A stretch of DNA of 64,000 nucleotides from Thalia democratica (GCA_965202585.1 OZ241826.1:17918001-17982000), one strand, 5' to 3'. Shown: positions 1 through 13,649, numbered from the stretch's first letter. Notes: a model not told the origin generated them from the sequence alone. Numbers and translations are program-made.

Positions 1-345
1 AAAGCCTTGTAAAAATTTTTGCTCAATATAAACTTTTTCTTTTGTTTTCGTGTTTTTTGGTCGAAGCTGTGTATACAAATTTTGATGCTATAGCGTACTG
101 TGTAACTTTTTACAAATAACTAGAAAACGCCACCAGTACAAAGTTTAAGTATCGACTTATGAACAACTAAATAGACCGAACTGTTTTAAATATAAATTTT
201 AAAAACAAAAAATAAAATAAATTGCTCAAAAGAGTTTTTAAATTTTATAAGAAGTGTATCGACTTGTTTTGAATTTTTCATAAAATAAATTTTTAGCTTT
301 TTTCTTGCAAAGAAAAAAGTAAGCCTTATATTTAAAAACTGCGCA
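1..345 (+). repeat. Dispersed repeat copy 1 (related to ~7932-8280)
   Basis: Shared collinear blocks, e.g. aagccttg, aataactagaaaac..caccagtacaaa, ttatgaacaa..aaatagacc, actgttttaaat, aaaaaagtaa.cctt..attta.aaactgc. Confidence 0.7.
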
Positions 346-2757
346 TCGAATTTTCATTTGAAAAAACTTTAGTGGATGATGATGATTTACTCATTTGTAA
401 TATTAACAAGTAATTTAAACTAAACTGTATTCAAAATTTAAGTAAGTATAATTTCAAATAAATTAAGCACTTTTATAACTTTTTTTTCTTATTTATAACG
501 ATAGTAGTAAATCAAAAGTTTTTAAAGCTTCTAGTTCATTACTTTGTACTTATTTTAATGTAATGTTGGTAATAAACTACCTAATCTAGTATGAAAAATC
601 AGTGGTTCTCAATACTACCTTAGCGTATCTTTATGTTTATGCTTTCTTTGATATTTCAACAAGTTCACAAGCTCCAAACTAATTGATATGCATAAACTTT
701 AAAAAACAAAACAAAGTTAGTACAAAAACGATTCAAAAAACAAATATATCCACTTTAACTTCTAATAATTAAAATGCAAAGTATTAGTTTAAAGTAGTTT
801 TTTAAGTATTATTTTATATAACGAATTATAAGTAACTAATTTCAGTAAGTATATATTAAACGAAAAAAAAACTAAGTTTGCTTGAATGTTAGAATTTTTA
901 TTTCATTTGTAGAATTTTTTTTATAATACTTTTGTTTTATAGTTTTTTGTAACTAATTGGTTTTAATATAACAAACAAAATTGTTTTAAATGTTTCAATA
1001 TTACTTTTAACATAATGTTGATAAATTTATAATAAAACATCTACGGAACATGGTTTTCTGTTTATTTATAAAATAATTGTATATTCAATCAAATCAATAT
1101 AATAAGTTAAATTCAATCATGAACTAAGTTTTAGATTTTCTTCAATTTTATACATAGATTTTTTTTTGTAAGCTAAGACGTAAAAAAATTATGAACAATT
1201 TTTTGCAAACATTGTACATAAAAAAATATAAGTTTAATATTAAATTAAAATAGAACAAGTTTTATATAAAATACAGTTTACATTTTTATTTATTAAACTT
1301 TTGAATAATTGTTGTTTAGTAGATATTTAATAAGTAAACACGGTCTGAAAATCATTATCAAAAAAAATCTATGGTGCCAACGTATGTTTTATTATTAGCA
1401 CGTTTCATGCCAAAAAAACCTAATGTGGTTTGTAAAATATAAACGTCGAGAGCTATATACACCTTAACAAAATCAACTTCATAACTGGAACAGTTTTGTT
1501 CTAACCCTTTTAGCTTAATCTTTAAACTGACAAGGACAGTTTTAAATCAAATTCTAAAGCTTAATTGCAAAGTGCGAAGACTCGAGATATAAAAAAAATA
1601 AAAGAAAATTTATTAAGGTTTAAAGTGTGTAATTGGGTCAGAATTATTGATCGAGCCAAACTCTATGACACTGTGACATTGTCTTAAATAAGAATAACTG
1701 TTTGAATGAAAACTACTAAGTGTTTTGTAACCTTCTTTGAAGTTTCATTCTAGTGTCCTACTTTAGTAAGTTCTTTATTTTATGTAAATAAAAAGATTTT
1801 TTTAAAGTACAATATAGTGGATAATACTTTAAGCAATATAAAGTCTTATCTTCTGTTTATATATGATTTGTAAAAATTAAATGCTAGTTTCAATTTCTGT
1901 CAAAAAGTATATAAGTAAAGTTCAAATTAATATTGAACCAATTGTCAGTTTATTTTCTAATGGAGAGTTATTCTAACATCTTTTATACGTTTTTATATTT
2001 TTTTTTTTAATTTCTCAATAATAAGCTTTTTGAATATATTCAGTAATAACTATTTTTCAACTTGATTTTATTACCAATAAAGTTTAACGTAGTATTTATA
2101 TCAACCTAATAACATTGTTATGATGGACACTAATGATTCTATTATATGTAGCGTAGGTTGTTCAAAATATTTAATTAAAACTTGAAACTTATTTTAAATC
2201 AAATTACTAAACTAATAAAGTATTATTTTGGACAAGACGCTAAAAGGTAGCCAAGTGGTGTGCGACTCGATAACCGAAAGGTTTTTTCGCGCACCAGGTC
2301 CCAGTAGCGAATATTTTGAGCGAAATTATTTTTGTCGTTCAATAAACAATAGTATTGTTATAGATTTAGAGTTTCGAAGTTTAAAAAATATCACAAAAGT
2401 CACAAAACTAAAAATACAAACATGGTTATGCATATCTATTTATTTATCATATATTTCAAGTACACTAGTATTTACGTAATGCCTAAGTTAAAAATTAGTT
2501 AAGAAAATTTAACGTACAAACGTTTTTATATGACAAATTTAAGCATAAAATAAAAGTGCATTTTAATAAAGTTTGGTTGTTATGTAAAGTTCCAAATGGA
2601 ATATTAGACAAAGTGTGATTGAAATAAAAGTTCAAATTGAATTTAAATTAAACAAATCAAATTTTAGCGAGTTGTTATCAGTTAAGAAAAACATACTTAT
2701 TTTAGCAATAGTTTTAGACATCTTATAAGATTGTACTTTTACCATAAACAGGTGTAT

Positions 2758-2880
2758 TATGACGTAACATGATAGTAAACTTAAAGCATCTTAGCAACAG
2801 AAAGTCTTAGCAACCGTTGCAAAACGTAAATGACGTAACTAGTGACGTAATTGTTAAGGAGACGTCACTCAGCGTAATAC
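2758..2880. promoter_or_regulatory. Candidate promoter/enhancer with TGACGTAA x3, GACGTCA and TTAGCAAC x2 (RFX half-site-like)
   Basis: Dense motif cluster in a locally GC-raised patch; target gene unknown. Confidence 0.35.
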
Positions 2881-4710
2881 TGCTCAAAGTTGTTATTTAC
2901 TTTATATCATCAAAAATAATCCCCCTAAACCTAGGTTTTTATAAAAATTATTAAAAAGAGTAGGCTTTTAAGTTTAATTTAAAATTAGCTTTATAGACTA
3001 CGTAAATAACACTTCGTTTACGTATACTTTTAGTTGATCTATCCGTAGATAAAAATCATAAAGCTAATAGAGAATTTAAAACGATTGATTTATCTTCAGG
3101 TCGAAATCTGGATTGAACTTTAAAGAACTATAATTGAAAAGTTCGTTATCAAAATCACGTTCAAGTTAAACTTAATTTCAAACTTAAAGTTATCTGCTTT
3201 GTTATATGCTTTGTCTTTAGTTTTGAATAACTAGTTTATTGTCGCAAGGGTTAAAATAATAACTCTAGTTCTACTTTCTTCATAAGTACATTTTTATAAT
3301 ATAACACAAAATTAAATATATAGTATTACAGCAACTAAAAAAAATTTGAAAAGGGGAAGAGGGAGTTGTAAAAATATTAATTCGTTATGATTATGACTTA
3401 CTTTTCTAGAACTTGATTTATAAACATCTTTTCGTAACGATTCAATTAGAAATTTGAAACGATGTAGGTATTTATATTAGTCCATAAAACAAATTAGTTG
3501 GAAATGTTTTATTACGTCTTAAAAAAAAAATTTCTTTTAAAAAATTATTATGAGAATCTCTTTTTGTAGGTGGTTTTTAAGTTTAGTTCAAAATCAGTTG
3601 TAGCGACTACTAGCGGGAAGACGTAGTTTTCAGTTTTAAATTGGTTTATTTGCAATGTTAGAGCAATGAAACAATGTATGTTAACTTTTACCATACTTAA
3701 ACGTTATCTTTACAACTTATTATAAGCCTTAAAAAATAAAAGTAAATAAATATTATCAGAGTTTTAAACTGTCTAACTTGTAACGTTTTCTACTTCATTT
3801 TAATTATATTACTTTAAAAATAAAACATATTTTTTGTAAGACTTATTGAAAACATCTTGTCTTTATTTTACTTCTTAATATAATTAATAATTCTGCATAT
3901 GACTATTTTTCTTTTTATCTTTAGCAAACTATTAGTGTTGTAGTATAATGTTATTTAACTCAATAGAACCACTAGAAATATTTGCATTATTTTTATAACA
4001 AATAGCCAGAAACATTTGCTTTTTACGATATTTTACAAAGAAACTTGCATAAACTTAACTTTGTACCATTTAAAAATGTATAAGGCTTGAAGTTTCCAAC
4101 TCTTACCTTATCAAACACTTTAAACAAGTTTTAACATGGTATAAACTATTAAGGAAATAATCAAAAAAATTTTTTTTCAAATTTTATTAAAAATTATATG
4201 TAACCAATAAATAAATTAATAAATATTACTACAATTTTGATTCTCTAATTTAATTTTTAGTTACCAAACCAAAAAAACACAAAAACCAATGATTAAACAT
4301 TTATTCTACATAAGACTGGTTTTAATATCAAGTTTCTCTCATTTCTTTACAATTGCTTAAAGAATTTACGAAAACATATAAAAATTTGTATTTAAGTAAA
4401 TACGTATATTAAACAAAAAAACTATTATAAAACTTTGCACACATAACACAACAGCATGATAAAGTTGATAAATTAAGTTTTCAAGAACACTAAATTTTTG
4501 TAGAATCAGTGTATCACAGTATTCATTGCGTAGGTTAACTATAGTTATAGAGGACTTTAATTAAACCCTAAGATGATTGTTAGAATATATATACAAACAA
4601 AAAACAATTAAACAATTGATTGAGAGATTGTTAAAAGTAGTAACAGTAAATCACTACTGTTCCAGTCACGTGGCTAAGAACGTCTACGTGATAAATGACG
4701 AAAACAACGT

Positions 4711-4998
4711 CTAATCCGTTTCATCTGAGATGCTTGAATCAGCAGAGGACTTGAGCTTGGAAGAAGACTGATTGTCTCTTATCTGATGTAAAGTGTCTCT
4801 TATATCTTCTTGAATTTCTTTCGTCGTCCTATAAGTGATTTCTTTGTAGTAAAGGCCGCCAGGCGTTTTCATATACCCGTGTTGAGCTTCATGTACGTCT
4901 TTCAAAGTAGAAGATATTTTAGGTAGATTATCTGTGTCACAACTAATACCTTCTAAAACTGAACAAACATCATCCTGCTTTTCACTTAGTTCAGACAT
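4711..4998 (-). CDS. Uncharacterised 95-aa ORF (single exon)
   Basis: Supplied ORF with clearly higher GC than flanks, protein-like composition and ataaaATG context. No family recognised. Confidence 0.5.
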   Translation of the reverse strand: MSELSEKQDDVCSVLEGISCDTDNLPKISSTLKDVHEAQHGYMKTPGGLYYKEITYRTTKEIQEDIRDTLHQIRDNQSSSKLKSSADSSISDETD

Positions 4999-5150
4999 TT
5001 TATTTTAATCTCACTCAACTCAGATTTCACTTCTCTCAAATTGTCTCTCCTTTCAATCTGCACCTCCTTCAGTTCCCTTAAATCTTTGCTCATTGAGTTA
5101 ATCCCTTTGAGAATTTCTCTTAAGACATGTTCAGAGACGTTCAGACTCAT
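4986..5150 (-). CDS. Uncharacterised 54-aa coiled-coil-like ORF overlapping the 95-aa ORF by 13 nt
   Basis: Manual translation MSLNVSEHVLREILKGINSMSKDLRELKEVQIERRDNLREVKSELSEIKIKCLN*; gcaaaATG context; heptad-like L/I/V spacing. Confidence 0.45.
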   Translation of the reverse strand: MSLNVSEHVLREILKGINSMSKDLRELKEVQIERRDNLREVKSELSEIKIKCLN

Positions 5151-7931
5151 TTTGCTCAGAAACAATTTAGTCCCAATTTCAGAAATGTATGTTCAAACTA
5201 AATTAGGTTTTCTGGAATAAAGTTTGTAAAATTGTTTAAAAAGTTACAAAGTTTCAAGCAACTGTACCTTTTACCTATAACTATTTTTCAATATCAGCAG
5301 CAACTTAATTACTTTTAATTGCATTACTATTATTTATAAACAAGTTCTCTTAAACTTAATTTTTTAGGTTTTTCTGGTTTTTAAGTTTTCAACATTCCTT
5401 AAAAATTATCAGTGACTATATACAACTTCAGATTGCTCAGAATTATTTTGTTGCTCTAAATGGAAAACAAGTGTCTTTTAAATTATCAAAATTAAAATAT
5501 TTAGTAATTTAAACACATACATCAGTTTGTTTAAATTAAAAAAAAAAGTTCAACAAACTTGTTTTTTTATTAATAAACAACACTAAAAAAATAAATTTAA
5601 AAAGTAGATATTTATCACTTTGTTACCACTATTAATTGCGCATAACACTCACTAAACAAAATAAATTATATAGCTTTAAATATTTTAGTTTACTAATTGA
5701 AGTTAGTTTTTAAAAAAGTAAGAAAAATTTTTATAAGATTGTAAGGTCTCCATTAAAACATCTACTTAAGTTAAGCAACTACAAACTGATATTTAGTGTT
5801 ACTATTTGTAATAGATTTAAGTATTTTGTGCTTATGCTAAATTCGTAAAATATAATTAATAGTCATTTTAAATAATCATAGAAAAACTTGAACATTTCAA
5901 TTAAATCTATTTTTTTTATTATTTGCTTTGTTTAGTTCACTATATAAAACTATTCATTTAAAGTCGATAAAAAATACCACAAACTTCAAAAAAATACTTC
6001 AACTAAATAGAATTTCGACCACTGAATAAATGTAAAAACGTTTTAAGATTTTTACTCATTTAAAAAAAAAAGGAGTTACAAACAGTACTTTTTTATATAT
6101 CAAGCTTAAAAAATATTTAATAAATAAAACAAACTGACTTTGCTGTAGAGCTTAATTTTAAAGTGTTTTATTTTCGCTTACAATTGAAACTTATCTATTT
6201 TTTTTTTTGACTATTTTTAAAACATGTACAGTACATATAAAATCACAATATTTAACAACAATAACCAGATAACTATTTTATCTTTAAATAATAATCAATT
6301 TTTTAGGCGTTATGTTATTTAATAGTTTTACAGTATTACAAAACAATCTTTTAAAAATACCAGTTTAACTTTTAAGTGTAGTTGAAATACATTATATAAG
6401 GAAATAAGTTAAAAAGTTGGTGAGTAATTAAAAATAAAACTTTGAATAATATATTTTCAACTATTAAATATTGAAAAGAATAGTTTTATATGTATTTTAA
6501 GTTAATTGTCTTACTTAAAACATTAATCTATGTGATTAGTTGTCGAATTCGAAAAAGAATACACCGATTGTTCGGAAGAACTATAAAAAAAATACCAACA
6601 ATTTATTTAATGAAACTAGTATAAAACTACTGTAATTTCAACCAAACATGAAAATCTAGATTTTTCTATACTCAAATTTAACATTTTAGAAGCTTTATAA
6701 AAAGTCTAACTTACTAAAAACATAAACAACAAAAGTAAAAAAAAAACAAAAAGGTATGTAAAACTTACTGTTTTCAACGTAAATTAGGAATGTAAAATGA
6801 TTCAACGTTATTGAAATTAGTTAATAAAAACTTGTTGTAACTAAAAAATCTCCCTAAAAACTGATTTGTAACACTGATATACTACAACAACTGTTGAAAA
6901 TTTGTTATTACAAAGTATTTACAAAACTATTGTTTGTGTTCTTCGTTTTTCATTTACTGCTTATCAATAATTAATTTACGGCTATTATGTTTATTCAGTT
7001 CGTAGCAATTAGTCATACAGATTTTTGTAACTATTTGTTTTTTATGTGTTATCACTTAAGCATTTTTAATTTGTAATGTTTAATACTTACTTAATCTTTT
7101 TACTTTCGTATAGTTTAATCCATTATATTATTTAAATTTTTAATATTATTGTGACTATTAATGTGGATACTTATCAATTATATAACTAATAAGTCATAAA
7201 TAAGCGACTTGTACAAAACTAAAATAAGAATTTATCAATGACTCAAAACAGCAATATTTTTTTTTCAAATACAAATAAAGTTAAGACAAAAAACCAAAAA
7301 GTTGCTTAAGAAATTTTCCGACTTTTTTATGCCAATGATAAGCAAAGGTAATTGTTTGTCAACAAAAACTCAAAACTTTACTTTATTAGCTTTGGCTATT
7401 TGGCTTAAAACTTTTGCTAAAACATAAAGTCACTTAACTTTTAATCACTTTACTAGTTTTTATAATCTGTTTTTGTTTGTTCCTATTCGATGCCACAAAC
7501 TAGTGTTTCAGCCAGCGTGACGAAATAGATAGAAAATTAAATTAAAAGTTTTATAAAAATAAAAGATGAGTAAAGATATTATTTTGCAATTTTCACTTTC
7601 GTTTGTTATTATACCGTCCTGATCAATTAACCATGCTAGTTGAACTTAATTGAAAACATTTTTTCTAAATAATGTTCAAACTATTGTAAATCAAAAAAAA
7701 AGTTCGTTGTCAAAAAAACTATTTTTTTGGTAAAATAAAAGAAGTTAATTCTTACATAGTAAATTTCTTAATGGTTAAATCAAAATCTAAATTTTGTATT
7801 TATGTTCTTCATATTTTTATTACTTTTAATCAGTCATTAATTTACCTAAGTTCATGTTTATTGAGCTCGTTCTAATCAAACATACGTATTTACTGTAACT
7901 ATTTGTTTTTCGTTCCAAGGTGTTATATTTG

Positions 7932-8280
7932 TAAGCCTTGAAAAAGTTTATTACTTGATATAACTTTTTACTTTTGTTTTCGTACACTTTATTAACGTAT
8001 GTATATAAACATTAATGCTATTGTATTAAATTTTTACAAAAGTTGTAGTTAATAACTAGAAAACAGCACCAGTACAAAATAAAGTAACAAGTTATGAACA
8101 AATAAATAGACCTTACTGTTTTAAATGTATATTTAAAAAGTAGAAAATCAAGAAAATCTGCTAAAAATAATTTTTAAGTTGTTTAAAAAATGTGTCGACT
8201 TGTTTTAAATTTCTCATTTAAGTCATTTTTAGTTAGTTTTTATTGGAAAAAAAAAAGTAAACCTTGTATTTATAAACTGC
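7932..8280 (+). repeat. Dispersed repeat copy 2 (related to 1-345)
   Basis: Same collinear blocks as 1-345; diverged; probably a non-autonomous element. Confidence 0.7.
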
Positions 8281-9094
8281 TGGTACTAGAATAAAATATT
8301 TCTCTGAATAAACAATGCACCACTCAAACTTTCTTTTAAAATTTTTACTTTTCCCTTTAATCTAAAAGCTTAATTTCGGGGCAAACGTGAAATATTAATG
8401 ACCAAAAATACTAAAAAGTCTTATAAGCATAACAAAATAAAAAGTTTAAAATATTGAATGTGCATTTTCGGTTTGTATTTTAGTGACGTCAAAATGCTAG
8501 TCAAAGTTCTGAATGTTTTTCAAATTCGTGCCTAATTTAGTATGAACCATAAGAGATAACTGCAGAATTTTGATTATAAGATAAAATTTACTTGGTAAAA
8601 ATCTGACAGTGACGGTCTGAAATTAAAACTATAATGAATAAATCAAAAATAGCTTTAAAAAAATTTTTATAGTCTCTTCTGCATTGTTCAGTACGTTGCA
8701 TAATGTAAATAATAACAATTAACTTTGCTTTAAACTTTTTTAGAATTTAAAAAGCAAAAAAAATGTTCTATATATTTTCATTAAAAAAAGTAAATTTATT
8801 TATTGTAGATAAATTTAGCTGATGTAAATATAAAGCTGAAATCGTTAGCTCAAACATAAAAACTTTTTTTAATTACACTGCACATCGCGATAGTTTGATT
8901 GCGTCTTTACGTTTTAATATTTAATAACAGGAAAAACTAAAAATTTTAGATTGAAGTTTAAAACATTTTTGTTTGCTAATGATTATATCTTTAGCTCAGT
9001 TCATTGTTGCAAAAAAAAAATACTATTTATCTACACTTTTATTTATGAAAAGTTTGCATAAAAAAAAACTAGACAAAAAGCGGTTAGAATAGAA

Positions 9095-9360
9095 GTGGGC
9101 AACGTTTGAAGTCGGCGGGCCAGATGTACCAAAATTTAGTACTTGATCTGCTAAATTTCGTTTATTTCACAAAGACTAATCAAGTTTTTAGATCTTCTCA
9201 GTTAAGTTATAATGTCAACATGTTTTACTATACATAGTGTAGTAAATGTTGGATTCTTTAAAAATTTTTAGGTAACATTTTTTTTTTCTTACTCTTTATT
9301 TAAAATCTAAGAACATTTAGTTTAGGTTTAAAATATGGTTAAACGGGCCAGATTTGCTTG
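9095..9360 (+). mobile_element. Possible decayed hAT-type MITE fragment
   Basis: gtgggcaacgtttgaagtcggcgggccaga and a second cgggccaga resemble subterminal motifs of hAT-derived MITEs; no matching right end found. Confidence 0.25.
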
Positions 9361-10484
9361 TTCGCTTGCTAGAGTTTTACCTTTTGCGTACCTAATTCTT
9401 TTAAGTTTTAAAATTGTTTTTACAAAAACTTTTCTACCTTTTTGTAATTTTATTATTTTGCAAAAAAAAACATTTTCTTAAAAGAATAGTATATGTTTTA
9501 AGTAAATTAATAAATATATTATATCTATAAAAAGAAAATTTGAAAGTTAGTTGTTGCTTGTAAGCCTTTGATCAACCCGTCACAGTAATCCTTATTTAGA
9601 TAATAAATTTTGAACCACGTTCTTTTAGTTTAAGAAGACTTTTATAGTACGTTTCTTATCATTAAAAATTCTTTTTGGTTAAAAAGAGTCAACGTGTATA
9701 CAAGTCGAAAAACTGTGGTCAGCTAAGCTAATCAGTGGTCTGTGACGTATTTTTAACTGAAAGTAATATTCAGAATATATATATACTTTGATTTTTGTTT
9801 TCTTGAATAAGTTAGAATTGCAAGTAATGTGAAAATACAGAGCTTAAAACTATAGATTTTTGTCTTTATGTTTGACTCTGTAAATGAGTGTCAACACTTA
9901 AATAAGATTATATACCTAGAGTACTTAAAAATTAATTGTATCAAAATCTAGATTCTGAGATTACTTAGCAGGTATTAAAGTAAAAGTAAAATCAAATTTG
10001 GTTAGTGTTATTTAAACGATATAATTTAAGAACTAAAAAACTGCTAAATAGTAACATTTACTAGTACTTAAAAAAAATATTTAAGACTAAACTAAGAACA
10101 ATAAAAAGAAGCCTATATCAGCTTTGTGTATAACTCACAATAATCCTTTTTAAGACAAATTTAAACCGTTTGTAGTTAAGTTTCATTTTATCAAATATAT
10201 ACGGACATAAACACTAGCTTACATTTTCAAAGATCTTATAATTAGTAAATGTCAGTAAAACAAAATTAAATTGTAATTATTACAATAAACATTTTTTCTT
10301 TGAAAAAAGTTGAAAGCTCTTACTATTAAAATTAGAATTAAACGTATATGAAATAAATGTACAAATTTTAGCGTGTTACAAAAGTTTATTATCAATAAAA
10401 AGAAAACAAACTCATAATTACACAACAAACTTGTAGTAACTTGACACATTTCAGCGTACCTACATAGTGACATCACAATAAAGA

Positions 10485-10545
10485 ATGCATTATGACATCA
10501 CAATGGCAAAAGAAAGTGAATTTGTCACAAACAAAAGCTACAGGG
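10485..10545 (+). CDS. ANO: Candidate alternative first coding exon A0 of the anoctamin gene ((MHYDIT)MAKESEFVTNKSYR)
   Basis: In-frame ATGs at 10485 and 10503 (cacaATGg). Donor AGGG|gtatgt is phase 1, matching the acceptor at 17206. Two TGACATCA motifs lie at or just upstream. Confidence 0.55.
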
Positions 10546-13408
10546 GTATGTGTAAAACTTTTGTGGGTTTATAATATACCTATTTTCACATGCAACATTT
10601 ATACTATGTAATCTGGGTTGCTTTAATTTTAAAAATGTTCATAATTTGTTTTTTGAATTAGTAGAATTTATATAACTTCTAGAAGTAGTTAGGTTGTTTT
10701 TAGTCTAATCTTAAAGTTATTTTTAGCTTTTTGTTACCTTTTGATGTATTCATTTTTTTAACTGTAGATAAGTATACAGAACTTTTAATGAGTTTGAAAC
10801 CATTTACTGATAGAATGATAGTTAATTTTTACTATGACTTCAGAATCGTTATTAAAAGGGTATTTATTAGTTAGACAAAAGAGATTAAAATTATTTAGAC
10901 ACAAATAGGTTTAAAAACTATGTTTTAGATTTGTTACATAAATGATTTTAGATTTATATAATCTTAAGTTAAATTATATTACCTTATAAAAATTAAAATT
11001 GATTGTGCTAAACATGTATTTTAAAAACTTAATGTTTCAAATGTTTGTTTTTTTATTTTACACGGTATTTAAAAAATATTTTTTTATTAAAATTTTGTAT
11101 GTGTATTTAATTCAGACTAAAAGAGCAACTATTCAAAGTAGCTAAATTGTTTTATTTAAATAACGTACTATATATATTCAAAACTCAAAACTTTTAAACT
11201 TGTACCATAATAAACAAATTAGTTTCAACTTTGTTTATACAATATCATGGCTTTTAAACTTTAAAAGAATTTTATCAAAAACATACAAAACTTATCAAGA
11301 AAATTGAAAACAACTTTTATTCGTTTTTATCAAGGTTTAACCGTCAACTAAAATAAGTAAAAAAATATTTTAAGTATTTTAAAATATGATAAAGATTCGT
11401 CTTCAATAAGTTGCTGTTTTATTAGTTGTCAAACTTTGAAATTTTTTAAATTTAGCTATAATTTAGTTTAAAAATATTCAGATCACGTAGCACACAAAAA
11501 CGTTCAAAAATTTAAATAGCTTGAATAGTGACCTTTTCAAAGTCAATTGGTATTTATTCTAAGCTTATTCACAATTTATCTTAATCCAACCATATCAAAT
11601 GACAAAAGTTGTTCGAGTATATACAAATTTACTAGGAACCGGCCTAAAAATAAAGTTTTGAACATATTTATTTCTCTGAAATTAGCATTACCAGATTTAG
11701 AAAAGTTTTTAAATAAAATACACTAACACTAACTTTTCTCTTTATAATGATGTAGTTGTTTTGATTAAAATAGTTTTTTTAATGTATCAATGTTGTCAGT
11801 GAGTCAGTTTAATATATTGCATGTTTTAATTTTAAAATTAATTTAAAAAAGTATTTTGTTTTAAATATTCAGCCCATTAATTTTAATCATCGTTTGTTGT
11901 TATTTTTATCCGCAGCATACTAGTTTGAGCAATACTTACAAACTTTTGTTTCATTAAAGAATAAAGTTTTAATCTAAACAACAAATAATACTTTCTTTAG
12001 CCATACAAAACTTAGTTAGCACTGTATAAAAGTAATTACATTACAATGCATAATTGAAAATTCGTTATTTGAAACAAAAGGTTTAAGTTCGTAACTAGCT
12101 TAATTGAGAGTAGTAAAAGTTTGAGATTTGTTTATACAAAAATAAGGAGCAGTCGTTTATGCTTAGGAAAGTTTGTTTCTTAAATACTTTCAGTTCATAA
12201 TTACTAATGACTAAGTGGTTTTTATAAAGCTCGCTATGTACAATAGAAGCAGTTTTTATTATGAAAAGTTTTCTTCTAATGAAAGTATAATGTAGATACT
12301 TTAAAACTGTCTAAAGTTTTAGGTTTATAGTACATTGTATTATTTTCATTTACTATAAAAAAATTTTGAACTTTTGCTTACATAACTTTTTTTTACATAA
12401 ATTTCTTCGTAATTTCGATAAGCTCAGTTGGATTAGTTCTCCAAAACTATAGTATTTTACACTAAGAAAATTTCAGAAAAGCTTTTAGTTGTATTTTTCA
12501 GTTTGTCCGTTAGTTTTTAAAAACAACTAGTTTTAAAATTCAAATTTAAATATACGACATTAAAATAATTTCTTACTTAGTGTAAAACTAGCTAATAACA
12601 CTTTAGTACAAAACGACATAAGTAAAAAGGTTAACAGTCAATTTAGTTCTATGAAGCTGTTCAACAAACTTTTATTTTAACTTAAATTATTTTAAACTGA
12701 AAAGCTGTACATGCTGTTTAACGAGACAAAACAAAATAACTTTAAATAGTTTAATTTAAATCGTTTAAATTAACAAAAAGTATCAACAAACAATTAGAAA
12801 TTTTTTATAAGTTTTGTTTAAAATAAATTTCAAGTTTATTTTTGTCAAAAATACATTTTGTGCTTCTTAGCTTACAGGAGAAAGGTTTTTAAAGGCTCAT
12901 TAGTTCTTAATAATGTATAGTAAGTAAAATTTATGCTTTAAGCAGTTCTTTAGAAGTTATTATGTTAATTCTTAAAACTTTACTTTAGCTGTACGTTGTT
13001 GACCATCAATCAAAAATTAAATTTCACACTTGTTCAAAAAAAAAAAAAGATTACATGCTTTTTGTTAAAACGTTAATAGTTAAATGAACATCTACTGTAA
13101 AGAATTCCAGTAAATAAACAACAACTTAATTCTAAAAGTAATTGTTTTTAATAAACTAATACTTGATAGATATGAAACCAGTTTTCTTTAATTTAGTCTT
13201 CAGTTTGCTTTTAATACCAAACAGTTTAGCTATGGTAGTCCTAATTTTTGAAAATATCTCAAACAACATTAAATTTCTTACTCATATTTAGGAAGCTTTA
13301 TAATTAATGTCAACTGAACAACCCAAAAACTACTTCCTTGATGTTTTATGCTTTTATGATCATATAAAATAAATAACAACTTTTAAAAAGTAGCTTAATA
13401 ATGAAATA

Positions 13409-13649
13409 ATGTCAAATGAGCAACCGAACAAACTGCGCGGCACAAACGATGACGTCACTAACAACAATGACATCACTGGTGACGTAGTAACAGACGGTGT
13501 GACGTCACAAAACACCCGCAACGTCGTCCTCCCTCCCATAACGTTTCAATCTACGTTTACAAGGAAAAAATCCCCTAAAAGAAGAGCGCTGAGAAGGAAA
13601 AAATCGAAAGGAGGTGTTTTGGAGTTGGATGATGCAGCGACGAATAAAG
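13409..13649 (+). CDS. ANO: Alternative first coding exon A1 of the anoctamin gene (80 aa, polybasic RKKSPKRRALRRKKSK)
   Basis: ORF 13409-13654 is much more GC-rich than its flanks. Donor AAAG|gttaga is phase 1, matching the acceptor at 17206. Confidence 0.75.

Noticed and set aside
2240-2325. Self-cleaving ribozyme (twister, HDV-like or hammerhead)
   Set aside because: GGTCCCA and GCGAAT fragments occur, but not in the required order. There is no GAGGG/GAAGG partner for the twister pseudoknot and no CTGATGA core.
2228-2479. 83-aa ORF from the track
   Set aside because: Non-ATG start; the GC part is better explained as a structured or SINE-like element, and the rest is AT-rich noise.
4986-5010. 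Programmed -1 ribosomal frameshift joining the two small ORFs
   Set aside because: No canonical X XXY YYZ heptamer in the window where both frames are open, and no obvious downstream stimulator.
8494-8535. First exon next to the TGACGTCA at 8484
   Set aside because: The ATG frame closes after 13 codons with no convincing donor.
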